Shown: positions 1 through 10,031 of the stretch, piece after piece | Layout of the letters: each line of letters opens with the position of its first letter | Position numbering within the stretch: position 1 is the stretch's first letter | Assembly: GCA_041496385.1 (NCBI GenBank) | Contig: JBGQEL010000029.1 | Span: 1-43,303 of the forward strand | Origin: Candidatus Methylomirabilia bacterium | GTDB lineage: Bacteria > Methylomirabilota > Methylomirabilia > Rokubacteriales > CSP1-6 | DNA: 43,303 bases | Reading direction: 5' to 3' | The notes under the pieces: generated by a model | The model's database searches: none | Seen by the model: only the letters and a program-made list of their open reading frames with translations | What the model was told of the DNA's origin: nothing | Program-made: the position numbers and the translations under genes

Positions 1-513
1 CAGCGCGTGGAGCGCGCGGATCTCCGAGGCAACCACGACGCGCTCGGCGTCCTCGTACACGTAGAGCGACTTCTCGCCCTGGACGTCGCGTGCGACGTGG
101 AGCTGGCGCGCCTCGCGATCGAAGACCGCGTACGCGTACATTCCGTCCAGGGCGGGCGGCACGTCCCCCGGCGCGAGGACCTCGTGCAGGTTCACCAGGA
201 CCTCGGTGTCGGTGCCGTAGCGCGCGGCCAGGCCGGGCGAGGAGAGGTACCGGTCCTCGAGCCGGCGGAAGTTATAGATCTCGCCGTTGTACAGCACCTC
301 GTACCGTCCTGAGCGCGAGCGCTGATACTCGCTGAGGCCGGCCCGGGGATCACCGGTGATGGAGAGCACGGTCTGTCCTAGGAACAGCCGATCCTCCCAG
401 ACGCTCGAGAAGGCGAAGTCCGGCCCGCGCCAGTACATGGCGCTGAGCGCGCGCCGGCAAGCCGACGGGTCGACCCGCCCGTCCTTCGTCACGATCGCCA
501 GGATCCCGCACAT
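1..513 (-). CDS. asnB: Asparagine synthase (glutamine-hydrolysing)-type amidotransferase, N-terminal part (runs off window)
   Basis: Hand translation from ATG at 513: MCGILAIV...RGPD...YNGEIYNF...DTEVL...LDGMYAY...RDVQGEKSLY...ASEI, i.e. an Ntn glutamine amidotransferase domain with Cys2. Not in the ORF track because it has no stop inside the window. Confidence 0.88.
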   Translation of the reverse strand, partial: MCGILAIVTKDGRVDPSACRRALSAMYWRGPDFAFSSVWEDRLFLGQTVLSITGDPRAGLSEYQRSRSGRYEVLYNGEIYNFRRLEDRYLSSPGLAARYGTDTEVLVNLHEVLAPGDVPPALDGMYAYAVFDREARQLHVARDVQGEKSLYVYEDAERVVVASEIRALHAL

Positions 514-522
514 GGGCCGGCG

Positions 523-1404
523 CTACTCCCGCCGCCGCTCGCGCTCGGGCACCGGCGGCGCAAAGGTCGGGGCATCCGAGGCAAACTGGGTTTCGTACTT
601 GCGCTTCAGGGCCGCGTGCCGGCGCTCGGCCTCGCGCAGCTCGAACTCGGCCCGGCGCAGGTTGAACTGACGGGCGCGCGAGGCGGCCTCGGACGGCTCG
701 TTCCCGACGAGGTTGAGCTGCGAGAGGATCACCATGCGCGGGTGCGGCGAGATGTTGTGCGACGAGCCGTGCACGAGGCGCGCGTGGAAGAAGACAGCAT
801 CCCCGGGCTCGCCCTCGATCGCGACGAGCCCGTGCTCCGCGTGGAGACGATCCAGCATGACGGGCGGGACCATGAACTTGGCCAGCCCGTTCACGTTGAT
901 GAAGGGCGTGTGCTCGATGGCGCCGAGCTGGTGGCTGCGGGGAATGACATGCAGGGCGGCGTTCCGCACCGTGTGTGGATCCAGGAGAATCATCACGCTC
1001 AGCATCTCGTCGCGCGGGTAGCCGCGATCCTTCCAGTACACGAGGTCCTGATGGTAGTACTCGGCCGTCCCGCACCACGCCGCCTTGAGGTTCACCTTGC
1101 TCGCCCAGATGTAGACGGGATCGCCCATCAGCGCGCCGGCGATCTCCAGGAGCCTGGGGTCGCGCGCGACGCGGGCGATCGGGTGATCGCCGATGTGCAC
1201 GACGGAAAAGACCGCGAGCGGCACGCCTGGCTCCTGCTCGCCCTCCGACTTCACCAGCGCGGCGGGGTCCTGGGTCCGGAGCCACTCGCGCGCCTCGCGC
1301 GCGACCGCCGGATCGAACAGGCGCCGATGGATGTGGTAGCCCTCGCGGCGGAAGGCCTCGACCGCCGCGGAGTCGACGGTGACGCGGTGGGAATCAGGTG
1401 TCAT
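523..1404 (-). CDS. Phytanoyl-CoA dioxygenase (PhyH) family Fe(II)/2-oxoglutarate dioxygenase
   Basis: HxD motif (YYHQD), distal His in LVHGSSHN followed by Arg (HPR), and IPRSH motif. Confidence 0.85.
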   Translation of the reverse strand: MTPDSHRVTVDSAAVEAFRREGYHIHRRLFDPAVAREAREWLRTQDPAALVKSEGEQEPGVPLAVFSVVHIGDHPIARVARDPRLLEIAGALMGDPVYIWASKVNLKAAWCGTAEYYHQDLVYWKDRGYPRDEMLSVMILLDPHTVRNAALHVIPRSHQLGAIEHTPFINVNGLAKFMVPPVMLDRLHAEHGLVAIEGEPGDAVFFHARLVHGSSHNISPHPRMVILSQLNLVGNEPSEAASRARQFNLRRAEFELREAERRHAALKRKYETQFASDAPTFAPPVPERERRRE

Positions 1405-1422
1405 CGTACGCGCGCTCTCTGG

Positions 1423-2793
1423 TCAAAACTGATAGTACAAGAACACGCTCTGCCGGCCGTTCATGAAGCAGTACGCCGCGACGAATCCCAGGGCATAGAC
1501 CACCGCCCACCGCGGGCGGACACCGAAGGAAACGTCCCAGGTTTCGGGGAGCGTGTTGACGGCGACCAGACCCAGGATCACCCACCCGAGCAGCGCCGCG
1601 GACGCGCCCTCACCTCCCGCCCCGTATCCCACGAGCTTGCCGAGCCAGCCGAACGCCATCGGGAGGGTCTCGGAGCGGAAGAGCACCCAGCCGACCACGA
1701 CGAGGAGGAACGTGCGCGCGCGCGCCAGCGGCTCGGGCCAGGGCCGCCACCGCGTCCCCACCAGGCGCTCGACCGCCAGCAGAACGCCGTGGTAGAGACC
1801 CCACACGACGAACGTCCAGTTCGCCCCATGCCAGAGGCCGCCGAGACCCATGGTCACCATCAGATTCACGTTGGTCCGTGCAGGATCCCGCCGGTTGCCG
1901 CCGAGCGGGATGTAGAGGTAGTCGCGCAGCCACGACGACAGGCTCATGTGCCAGCGCCGCCAGAAGTCCGCGACGCTCGCGGCGCGATACGGCGCGTTGA
2001 AGTTCTGGGGGATGCGAATGCCGAAGAGGTAGCCGAGACCCACCGCCATGTCCGAATAGCCGCTGAAGTCGTAGTAGAGCTGGAGCGTGTAGCCGAGCGC
2101 CGCGAGCCAGGCGGCCGACGCCGACAGCGAGGCGTGCGCGGCCAGCAGCGGATTGACGAGCTCGGCGATCTGGTCGGCGACGACCACCTTCTTGATGAGG
2201 CCCGCCACGAAGAATCCGATCCCGCGCGCCATGAAGTCCTCGCGCGGCCCGCGATCGATGCGCTCCAGGTCCTCCTCGATCTGCCGGAAGCGGACGATGG
2301 GGCCCGCGACGAGCTGGGAGAAGAGGCTCACGTACGTGAGATATTCGAAGAGGTTACGCGCGGCCCTGACCCGGCCCGTCGCGACATCGACGATGTACGA
2401 GATCGTGTGGAAGGTGTAGAAGCTGATCCCGATGGGCAGCACGATGTCGAGCGGCGGCGGCGCCACGGCGGGCGACAGCGATCGGAACGTTGACGCGAAG
2501 AAATTGTAGTACTTGAAGAAGCCGAGGATCGAGAGATCCACGGCGATCGCCGCGATCATCCAGCCACGCCGGCCCCCCGCGGTCGGCGCCCGCTCGATCA
2601 AGAGCGCCACGCCGAAGCTGACAAGGCTCGAGAAGAGCAGCAGGAAGCAGAAGCGCCAGTTCCAGTAGCCGTAGAACACGTACCCGCTCAGCGTCAGCAG
2701 AACGTACCGGTGCTGCCTGGTCTTCGTGAGCCAGAACAGCGCGAAGAGCGCCGGCAGAAACGCGAACAGGAAGACGTGCGAGTTGAAGACCAT
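1423..2793 (-). CDS. MBOAT family O-acyltransferase (AlgI/DltB-like)
   Basis: MVFNS start, LPIGISFYTF, QLVAGPIVR, YYDFSGYSDMA, FWRRWHMSLSSWLRDYLYIPLGG, GLWHGANWTF. Confidence 0.95.
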   Translation of the reverse strand: MVFNSHVFLFAFLPALFALFWLTKTRQHRYVLLTLSGYVFYGYWNWRFCFLLLFSSLVSFGVALLIERAPTAGGRRGWMIAAIAVDLSILGFFKYYNFFASTFRSLSPAVAPPPLDIVLPIGISFYTFHTISYIVDVATGRVRAARNLFEYLTYVSLFSQLVAGPIVRFRQIEEDLERIDRGPREDFMARGIGFFVAGLIKKVVVADQIAELVNPLLAAHASLSASAAWLAALGYTLQLYYDFSGYSDMAVGLGYLFGIRIPQNFNAPYRAASVADFWRRWHMSLSSWLRDYLYIPLGGNRRDPARTNVNLMVTMGLGGLWHGANWTFVVWGLYHGVLLAVERLVGTRWRPWPEPLARARTFLLVVVGWVLFRSETLPMAFGWLGKLVGYGAGGEGASAALLGWVILGLVAVNTLPETWDVSFGVRPRWAVVYALGFVAAYCFMNGRQSVFLYYQF

Positions 2794-3822
2794 CTAGGAA
2801 GCGTCCCGGGCCAGCGAGGCGGCCACGCGCGATGCATCGATCTCGTCGATGTGGCCGCAGTCGTACCAGCCGGAGAGTGTGCCGCCGTAGGCGCTGGGCT
2901 CGCTGTAGTCGCGCACGTCGACGCCGAGCGACCGGTGGAGCTCCCCGAGGTACTCCCGGACCTCACCCAGGAGCGCGCCGTACCGCGTTCGCGTCTCCAG
3001 GTAGCGCGCCGTGCGCGGGTGGATGCCGGTCAGCCAGACGATCACCCTCGCGCCATCGCCCCTCGCCTCGGCGATCAGCGTCTGAAGCTCCTGCCGGCGG
3101 CGTGACGACAGGTGCGTCATGCCCTCGAAGCGGCGCCGGTACTTCGGCAGGCACCGTTCGATCTCGCGTTCGAGATCGAACGTGCCGGCCGCCCGCTGTC
3201 CCTCCCACCGCGGGTAGCGCAGATATCCGTCGGCCTCGAAGACGGCCGCGCGCGCCTCGCCGGGGGCCCGGCTCAGCTCGAGCCTGACCGCCCATGCGAT
3301 GTCGCTCACGTACGCGGTGGTGAACACGGCCTTGTACCGGCGCACGATCTGCATGAGACGCTCGTTCCAGCCGAGCTGCCGCCCCTCCAGCGCGGTGCGC
3401 AACGCGGCATTGCTCTGGAGCGTCGCGTCCGGCGTGTCGTCGTCGTGGAGCGCTTCCACGTCGAGTCCGACGATCACCAGCCTGATGGACCCGCCCTGCC
3501 GGCGCGTCCAGCGATAGAGCGCGAGGTAGTCCTCGGCGCGGGCGCTGTCGACGGAGAAGTTGAAGAAGCGAAGGCCGAAGACTGCCTCCAGCGACCGTGG
3601 CGCGAGCTTCATCGAGCGGCTGGAGCCGAGCACGATGCCCTGGACGGGTCGCTCCCGGTCATAGCTCACGAATCGCTCGACCTTCTCCCGGCGAGCGTCC
3701 GACACGACCACGGGGAAGAGACCGGTGCCGAAGTCATCGCGCGGATCGACGAGCCAGGCGAGCCCCACCAGGACGGCCGAGAGACCGGCGGCGGCGGCCA
3801 CGAACGCGGCGACGAACCGCAT
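2794..3822 (-). CDS. SGNH-like periplasmic acyltransferase partner of the MBOAT (AlgJ/DltD-like)
   Basis: N-terminal membrane anchor, LGSSR block I, C-terminal DxxH (WYDCGH); abuts the MBOAT gene. Confidence 0.7.
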   Translation of the reverse strand: MRFVAAFVAAAAGLSAVLVGLAWLVDPRDDFGTGLFPVVVSDARREKVERFVSYDRERPVQGIVLGSSRSMKLAPRSLEAVFGLRFFNFSVDSARAEDYLALYRWTRRQGGSIRLVIVGLDVEALHDDDTPDATLQSNAALRTALEGRQLGWNERLMQIVRRYKAVFTTAYVSDIAWAVRLELSRAPGEARAAVFEADGYLRYPRWEGQRAAGTFDLEREIERCLPKYRRRFEGMTHLSSRRRQELQTLIAEARGDGARVIVWLTGIHPRTARYLETRTRYGALLGEVREYLGELHRSLGVDVRDYSEPSAYGGTLSGWYDCGHIDEIDASRVAASLARDAS

Positions 3823-3825
3823 GCC

Positions 3826-5598
3826 CTACGGCGCAAGCGCCGCCTGCTCCGCCAGCACCCGCGACCACGCCGGCGTCCAGCTCCCGCGCGCCAGCGCGTA
3901 GCGCCCGATGAACCGGCTCCGCTCCGTCTGAACCTCGCGCCGGCGCCACCACACGCGAGGGTCGTCGTAGGCCCCCTCGAGCGCACGCGCGGCGGCCTCG
4001 GGCGAGTCGTGAAGGACGCCAGCGAGGCGCAGACCACCGAGTGCGTCCACGGCCTCGTCACGCGGTTCCCAGCGGTTCGGGTCCCAGAAGAGGATCGTGG
4101 GGACGTCCGCGACCAGCGCCTCCAGCAAGGTGGTCGACAGGTTGTCGATCACGACCACGCGGCACTGGCGCAGCCGCCGGCCGAACGGAGTCCCGTCATC
4201 CCGGCCCACCTCGGGAAAGATCCGCGTCACCCTGCGGCGCGCGTCGTTGCCGAAGTCCGCCGGGTGGCCGCGGAACAGAACATCACGCCGGCGCGTGGCC
4301 GGCAGCGCCGCCAGGAACCTCTCCTGCCACTGGAAGTACTCCTCGAGGTGGCTCCCCATGGGCGTGGACTGGAACCGGTAGAGGTACCGCGGATAGTCGT
4401 TGCCGACGTAGAGGATCGCGCGCCCGGTCCGACGCCGGCGCGGGCGGCGGACCGCGGACAGCTTGATCGAGGGCACGTCGACGAGTCCCGCCGCGCCGGC
4501 GCCCGCCCATCCCCAGACGAGAAAGGCATCCGCGACGCGCGCCTCGTGCGTCTCCAGCGGAATCGCGCGGCAGATCCCGTAGCCCCCGCCGTGCTGCTCC
4601 GCCACGAGACGGCGGCCGCGCTCCGACGCTTCGGCCGCCAGGAACTTGAACGGCTCATGACCGAGCCAGCCGTTCGCCGACACGAGAACCCGCGGCAGCG
4701 CACGGACGGCCGGCACTGCGGCGCCTCGAGCCTCGCGATAGTGCTCGAGGTAAAGCGTGGGCAGGAGTCGGGGGAGCAGCTCCGCCAGGATCCGCTCGAA
4801 TTCGTTCGCCGACGGCACACGCCCGAGCCCGAGTCTCGCCGCATCGAACCTCGGAGGGCCGAGCGCGAACGCCCATCGAGGCGCGGCGCGCCAGGGCACG
4901 GCGAACAATCGCGTCGCCAGCGCGAGCCGGTACGCCTGCCGCCGGGTGCCGTCGAGGTCCATCAGGGCCACGCGGCCGCGCCTGGGGCCCGCTCTCCGGA
5001 CGCCGCCCACGGCCGCCAACGCGACACGCTGGAGGCGCTCGAAGGTCCAGTTCCGGCGGCGCGCCCAAGGCACGAACGACCGCGAGGTCTGAGACGCGCG
5101 GGGGCGCGCCGGGAAGCGCATCCCGAGGCTGGTCAGGATCTCGCTGAAGATCTGATGGTTGTAGGGATCGCCGCACACGAGGTCGATGAACTCGAGCGTG
5201 TCCGTCGGAGTGCGAAAGGACCGCTCGTCCAGCACGATGGTCCGCGCTCCCTCTCCGGCGCGACCAAGCGCCTGCACGAGGTGCGTGTAGCGGTCGTAGA
5301 CGACGTGGGCCGCGTGGATCAGCCAGGGTCCCAGGAGGATCCGCCAGTACCGCCGGGAGTACGCGACGCCGTGCGCGGCGTTGAGATAGTCCGTCAGCGC
5401 CCCGAGCAGCCGCTCGACGTACTCGTCGAGGTAGCGGGCCGCGTCGTAGTAGCGCTTGCGGTCGTCCCACGGGCTCGCCATGACCTCGTGCGGCGGGTCG
5501 GGGGCACGGCGCCCCGGAGGCAGGCCCCACGAGCCGAGGAAGAGGATCGGCTCGTGGGGCTCCAGGAACTCCGTCAGCCCGGTGAGCCCGAGGAACAC
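3826..5598 (-). CDS. LIC12162-family putative (nonulosonate) glycosyltransferase
   Basis: HGVAYSRRYWRILLGPWL, QHGGGYG, WGW and DNLSTTLLEAL motifs; lies in a neu operon. Confidence 0.7.
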   Translation of the reverse strand: MFLGLTGLTEFLEPHEPILFLGSWGLPPGRRAPDPPHEVMASPWDDRKRYYDAARYLDEYVERLLGALTDYLNAAHGVAYSRRYWRILLGPWLIHAAHVVYDRYTHLVQALGRAGEGARTIVLDERSFRTPTDTLEFIDLVCGDPYNHQIFSEILTSLGMRFPARPRASQTSRSFVPWARRRNWTFERLQRVALAAVGGVRRAGPRRGRVALMDLDGTRRQAYRLALATRLFAVPWRAAPRWAFALGPPRFDAARLGLGRVPSANEFERILAELLPRLLPTLYLEHYREARGAAVPAVRALPRVLVSANGWLGHEPFKFLAAEASERGRRLVAEQHGGGYGICRAIPLETHEARVADAFLVWGWAGAGAAGLVDVPSIKLSAVRRPRRRRTGRAILYVGNDYPRYLYRFQSTPMGSHLEEYFQWQERFLAALPATRRRDVLFRGHPADFGNDARRRVTRIFPEVGRDDGTPFGRRLRQCRVVVIDNLSTTLLEALVADVPTILFWDPNRWEPRDEAVDALGGLRLAGVLHDSPEAAARALEGAYDDPRVWWRRREVQTERSRFIGRYALARGSWTPAWSRVLAEQAALAP

Positions 5599-5608
5599 GC
5601 CGACTCCG

Positions 5609-5947
5609 TCAATACGTCCTCAGAACGTCGACCAGCTTGTTACGTGGGCCGAGGACCGGGATGAGGAAGATGCGGTGGCGCTGAAAGAGCTCGGGCGCGC
5701 GGCTCGCCTCCTCGGGAGGAAGCCAGACGAAGTTGAGGTTCATCACCTCCCGCACGGGCGTGGAGAGCAGGCGGTGGTTCAGCAGCGCCTTGCGGATGTC
5801 GCCGTCGCTCAGCGTGCCGACGACGGTGCCGCCGGCGTCGACGACGATGACGCTGCGATGCGTGTTGGCCTCGATCGCGGCCAGCGCGGTCTCGATGGTC
5901 GCGTCGGCCGCGATCACGAACTTGGCGAGCAGCGTCTCGTCCACCAC
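5609..5947 (-). CDS. Stand-alone CBS-pair protein
   Basis: C-terminal 112 aa of ORF 5609..7369, from GTG at 5947 or 5944: ATIETAL...VVGTLSDGDIRKALL...VREVMN...IPVL. Confidence 0.75.
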   Translation of the reverse strand: MVDETLLAKFVIAADATIETALAAIEANTHRSVIVVDAGGTVVGTLSDGDIRKALLNHRLLSTPVREVMNLNFVWLPPEEASRAPELFQRHRIFLIPVLGPRNKLVDVLRTY

Positions 5948-5955
5948 GGGAGGCG

Positions 5956-7101
5956 TCAGTAGCGGAGCTGCTTGAAGAGCAGCGTCTCGTCGAGCTTCAT
6001 CGAGGCAAGGATCTCCACGATCCGCTCGCTGGCGTGGCCGTCGCCGTACGGATTCGCCATTCCCCGCAGGCCGGCGCGGAAGCCGGGGTCGAGCGCCTGC
6101 CGGAGGGCCTCGGCGACCCGCGCCTCGTCGTGCGGCACGTCGATGACGTTGACGGCGCGAACACGCCCGTCTTGACGCCGCCCGACGTTCACGGCGGGCA
6201 GCTCGAAGCTCGGGGCCTCGAGCAGGCCGCTCGAAGAGTTGCCGAGAATCACGCTGGCCACGCGCAAGAGGCCGCCGTAGAGCGCCCGGGAGACGTTGCG
6301 TTCGACGCGGAGCCACGGGCCCCGGAACGCGTCGACGGTGTCCCGGACCAGCGCGCTGCCGGCGTCGTTGTTCGGATAGATCAGGACGGTCTGCAGACCG
6401 AGCCCGGCGAGGGCCCGCAGCGAGACCGCCACCTGCTCGGCGGCGGTCTCCGCCTGCTCGGTGACCGAGTGCTGAAGCAGCAGCACGATCGGCTGCCGCG
6501 CGTCGAGCCGGAAGCGCTCGGTGACCTCGTCGGCGGAGGCGAACTCGCCGGCGAGGAACTCGTCGAGCTGGGGCGCGCCCACCACGTGCACCCGGAACTC
6601 CTGCTCGCCGCTCCGGATCAGCCGCTCCATCGCGTCCTGATTGGCGGCGAAGTGGACGTGCGCGAAGCGGGCGATGGCGTGCCGGGTCATACCGTCGATG
6701 TTGCCGGACCGCTCGCCCGCCTGGATGTGGGCCACCGGGATATTCATGTGGGCGCCCGCGAGCGCCGCCATGAGCTGCTCGCCGCGGTCGCCGGCGAGGA
6801 GGATCATGTCGGGATGGCCGTTGTGGATCGCGTCCGTCACCGAGAGCAGGAATATCCCGAGCGACTTCGACATGCTCGTCGTCGTGCTCCCGTCGAGCGC
6901 CATGTAGAGCTCGTGACCGATCCTGAAGCCGTCTTCCCGGAACAAATTCACGCTGGCGCCGAACTCCGGCAGCAGGTGCATGTTGGTGACCACGAGGTCG
7001 TGCTCGAGGTCGTCGCGCGCCTCGATGAGACGAAGCAGGCGCCGCAGGTAGCCGTACTCCCCCCGCGATCCCGTGACCACCATGATGCGACGGCGTCTCA
7101 C
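5956..7101 (-). CDS. neuC: UDP-N-acetylglucosamine 2-epimerase (hydrolysing), NeuC/LegG type
   Basis: GTG at 7101 overlaps the neuB stop; VTGSRGEYG, AGDRGE, HIQAGERSG, GNSSSG, GRRQDGR, NPYGDG. Confidence 0.92.
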   Translation of the reverse strand: MRRRRIMVVTGSRGEYGYLRRLLRLIEARDDLEHDLVVTNMHLLPEFGASVNLFREDGFRIGHELYMALDGSTTTSMSKSLGIFLLSVTDAIHNGHPDMILLAGDRGEQLMAALAGAHMNIPVAHIQAGERSGNIDGMTRHAIARFAHVHFAANQDAMERLIRSGEQEFRVHVVGAPQLDEFLAGEFASADEVTERFRLDARQPIVLLLQHSVTEQAETAAEQVAVSLRALAGLGLQTVLIYPNNDAGSALVRDTVDAFRGPWLRVERNVSRALYGGLLRVASVILGNSSSGLLEAPSFELPAVNVGRRQDGRVRAVNVIDVPHDEARVAEALRQALDPGFRAGLRGMANPYGDGHASERIVEILASMKLDETLLFKQLRY

Positions 7102-8126
7102 CGGAGCTGCTCCCAGCGGACCAGCGTGTTGCCGGGGATGTCGGAGGCGGCGGTGCGCCCGATGACCTCGCCGAGGCGCTTGGACGGGATGCCCGTACCA
7201 GGCCGCTTGGTCCACACCATATCCTCGGCGATGACCTCGCCGGCGCGAATAGGCCGGAGCGACACCACGCTGCGGTGAGCCCACGCGCGGATCGCCCGCT
7301 CCCGATCGTGCACCCGCTTCGTGCGGCCGGAGGCGCGCTCGACCTTCCGGATGCCGTCGACGAGCGCATGGAGGTCGTGCATGTCGATCGACACGCTCTG
7401 GTCGGGACCCGGCTGCAGCTTGTCGAGGATGATGTGCTTCTCGATGATCCGCGCGCCGAGGGCCACCGCCGCGTAGCAGGTATAGAGGTCGGGCGTGTGG
7501 TCGGAGTGGCCGATCGTGAGCTCCGGGTAACGGTCCATGAGCGTCTGGATGACGCGGAGGTTGATGTCCTCGTAGACCGGTGGATACTCGGACACGCAGT
7601 TCATGAGCGCGAAGGTCGCCCCGGCCGCGCGCAGCGCCGTGACGGTCTCGTCGATCTCCTCGAGGGTGCACATCCCCGTCGAGAGGATCATGGGCTTGCC
7701 CAGCGCGGAGATCTTCACGAGCGACGGGATGTCGGTCAGCTCGCCGGAGCCGATCTTGAAAACCCCGATGTCCCCCGCGCCGGAAAGCTCGCGGGCCGCC
7801 GCGTAGCTGAAGGGCGTGCACATGTACGTGATGCCGATCGAGCGGCAGTACGCCATCAGCTCGGCGTGCTGCTCGATCGTCAACGCGTACTTCTTGAGGA
7901 ACTCGTACAGCGGCTCCTTGAAGTTGTCCGACATCGGGATGTCGGGCAGCATCTCTTCGTCGGGCAGATGGTGCTGGTACTTGACTGCGTCGGCGCCCGC
8001 CAGCTTGGCGCGGAGCGCCATCTCCCTGGCCACGTCCATGTTGCCGAGGTGGTTGTCGCACGCCTCGGCTACGATGAAGACCGGCTGATCTCGTCCGATC
8101 AGCCGCGATCCCAGCTTAAAGGTCAT
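7098..8126 (-). CDS. neuB: N-acetylneuraminate (nonulosonate) synthase with C-terminal SAF/AFP domain
   Basis: ATG at 8126; IVAEACDNHLG, ADAVKYQ, KIGSGEL, STGM, GHSDHT, IEKH, KRPGTGI. Confidence 0.95.
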   Translation of the reverse strand: MTFKLGSRLIGRDQPVFIVAEACDNHLGNMDVAREMALRAKLAGADAVKYQHHLPDEEMLPDIPMSDNFKEPLYEFLKKYALTIEQHAELMAYCRSIGITYMCTPFSYAAARELSGAGDIGVFKIGSGELTDIPSLVKISALGKPMILSTGMCTLEEIDETVTALRAAGATFALMNCVSEYPPVYEDINLRVIQTLMDRYPELTIGHSDHTPDLYTCYAAVALGARIIEKHIILDKLQPGPDQSVSIDMHDLHALVDGIRKVERASGRTKRVHDRERAIRAWAHRSVVSLRPIRAGEVIAEDMVWTKRPGTGIPSKRLGEVIGRTAASDIPGNTLVRWEQLR

Positions 8127-8857
8127 CAGGCGCTCCCCCTGCCCGCCGGCGTGGCCGCGCTGCGGAGCAGCAGCAGGGCCCGGGCCAGCTCGAGCTGTTC
8201 CGGGTCGTCGATGTCGAAGCCGTGGCTGCGCTCGATCACGTGGACCGCCGAGGTGTCGTCGTGGAACTGGCGCCGCCCGCGAAGGAAGCCGGGCGTGGCG
8301 ATATAGATCGCGCCGTCGATGAAGTAGAACGCCGGAAGGGCGTGCCGGCCCGCGCCCGGCGCCGGATGGGGCACCGCGGGCTCGGGTCGTCCGTCGCGCA
8401 CGCGCACCATCTCGCACGGGTGCTGCAGGACGGGACTCACGCTGAGGAGCGTCTCGCCGCCGGCCGTCTCGTACGCGGCGATGGCCGCGTCGACGTCGTG
8501 GCCGTCGCGGAAGGGACAGGTCGGTTGCAGCAGGACGACGGCGTCCGGAACGTACGCCTCCTGGTGCGCCAGCCAGTCGAGCGCGTGGAGCACGACGTCG
8601 ACGCTACGCGCCGCGTCGGTGGCGAGCTCCGCCGGGCGGGTGAACGGCGCCTCGACGCCCAGGCTTCGGGCCAGGGCGATGATCTCCGCGTCGTCGCTCG
8701 AGAGCACGACGCGGTCGAGCCGCCGGCTGTCACGCGCCGCCTCGATCGTGTACTGGACGAGCGGCCGGTCTCCCAGCGGAGCGAGGTTCTTCCGCGGGAT
8801 CCCCTTCGAGCCGCCACGGGCGGGGATGAGGCCGAGGTATCTAGAGCTGTTTCGCAA
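8126..8857 (-). CDS. neuA: Acylneuraminate cytidylyltransferase (CMP-nonulosonate synthetase)
   Basis: IPARGGSKGIPRKN, RPAELATD, LQPTCPFR, DIDD. Confidence 0.93.
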   Translation of the reverse strand: MRNSSRYLGLIPARGGSKGIPRKNLAPLGDRPLVQYTIEAARDSRRLDRVVLSSDDAEIIALARSLGVEAPFTRPAELATDAARSVDVVLHALDWLAHQEAYVPDAVVLLQPTCPFRDGHDVDAAIAAYETAGGETLLSVSPVLQHPCEMVRVRDGRPEPAVPHPAPGAGRHALPAFYFIDGAIYIATPGFLRGRRQFHDDTSAVHVIERSHGFDIDDPEQLELARALLLLRSAATPAGRGSA

Positions 8858-10004
8858 TCTCGCGCACGCTGGTGACCACCCGGTCCAGATCGGCGTCCTC
8901 CATCCTCAGCATGATGGGGAGCGCGATGGCGCGCTTGAGGAGGGCGTCGGTGCGCGGCCAGAGGCGCTCGCAGTTCGCCAGCGCTGGAAAGTCGCCGAAC
9001 AGATGCCGCCAGGTACCCGCGTAGTGCCAGATGAGGGCGTCCGGAAGATTCTTGGTCCCGAGGCCGCGCTCGCCCAGCTTCTTCGCGAAGGCGCCCGCCG
9101 CCGACTCGCTCGGGAGGAAGAAGATCAGCGAGTCGCCGATCTCGCCTTTCTCGTCGTGGAGTCGCCGGAACTCGAAGCCGCAATCGGCGATGCCGTTCTT
9201 GATCACGGCCTTGTTGGCGCGCTGCCTGGCGAGGATGAAGTCGAGCTTCTTGAGCTGGGTGAGCCCGAGGACCGCCTGGACTTCCGTGATGCGGAAGTTG
9301 AAGCCAGGCCGCGAGCGGGTGTCGCGGCCACGCGGCAGGGTGGGGTTGTACTCGTGGCCGTGATCGTGGTAGGCGCGCGCCGCTTCGAACAGCTCGCGCC
9401 GCGCGGTGACGATCATGCCGCCCTCCCCCGTCGTGATGTTCTTGGCGAAGTCGAAGCTCAGCGTGCCGGCGTCGCCGAGCGTGCCGAGAAAGCGGCCGTG
9501 ATAGGTCCCGCCGAACGCCTGGGCGGTGTCCTCGAGGACGATGAGCCCGTGCGCGCGTGCGATTGCCAGGATGGCGTCGAGGTCGGCCGGGGCGCCCGCC
9601 ATGTGGATGGGGATGATCACGCGTGTTCTCGACGTGATCCGGTGCGCCACGTCTGCCGGGTCGAGGTTGAGGCTCTCGTCCACCTCGGCGAACACCGGGA
9701 CGGCGCCGGCCTCGATGATCGCCTCGGCCGTCGCGACGAACGTGAAGGCCGACGTGATGATCTCGTCGCCCGGCTTCACGCCGAGCGCCCGGAGCGCCAC
9801 CAGGAGGGCGGCGGAGCCGTTCGAGACGGCCAGGGCGTACGGCGAGTCGAGGCGGCGCGCGACCTCGCGCTCGAACTCGCGGACCTTGAAGACACCCTTG
9901 CGGATGCCGTCGTATCCGTGCGCGAACATCACGCCGTTGTTGGAGTCGAACCACTCGAGGATGGCCGCACGCTCCTCGGGCCCGAACAGCTCAAAGCCTG
10001 GCAT
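8841..10004 (-). CDS. kdnA: DegT/DnrJ/EryC1/StrS PLP aminotransferase, KdnA (Kdo-8-amino transaminase)-like
   Basis: EDTAQA, SFDFAKNITTGEGG (PLP Lys). The MPGFELFGPEE N-terminus, DHGH and WHY motifs match my recollection of KdnA. Confidence 0.75.
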   Translation of the reverse strand: MPGFELFGPEERAAILEWFDSNNGVMFAHGYDGIRKGVFKVREFEREVARRLDSPYALAVSNGSAALLVALRALGVKPGDEIITSAFTFVATAEAIIEAGAVPVFAEVDESLNLDPADVAHRITSRTRVIIPIHMAGAPADLDAILAIARAHGLIVLEDTAQAFGGTYHGRFLGTLGDAGTLSFDFAKNITTGEGGMIVTARRELFEAARAYHDHGHEYNPTLPRGRDTRSRPGFNFRITEVQAVLGLTQLKKLDFILARQRANKAVIKNGIADCGFEFRRLHDEKGEIGDSLIFFLPSESAAGAFAKKLGERGLGTKNLPDALIWHYAGTWRHLFGDFPALANCERLWPRTDALLKRAIALPIMLRMEDADLDRVVTSVREIAKQL

Positions 10005-10031
10005 CGATGTCTCTCCGGTGGACGCAGCGGG

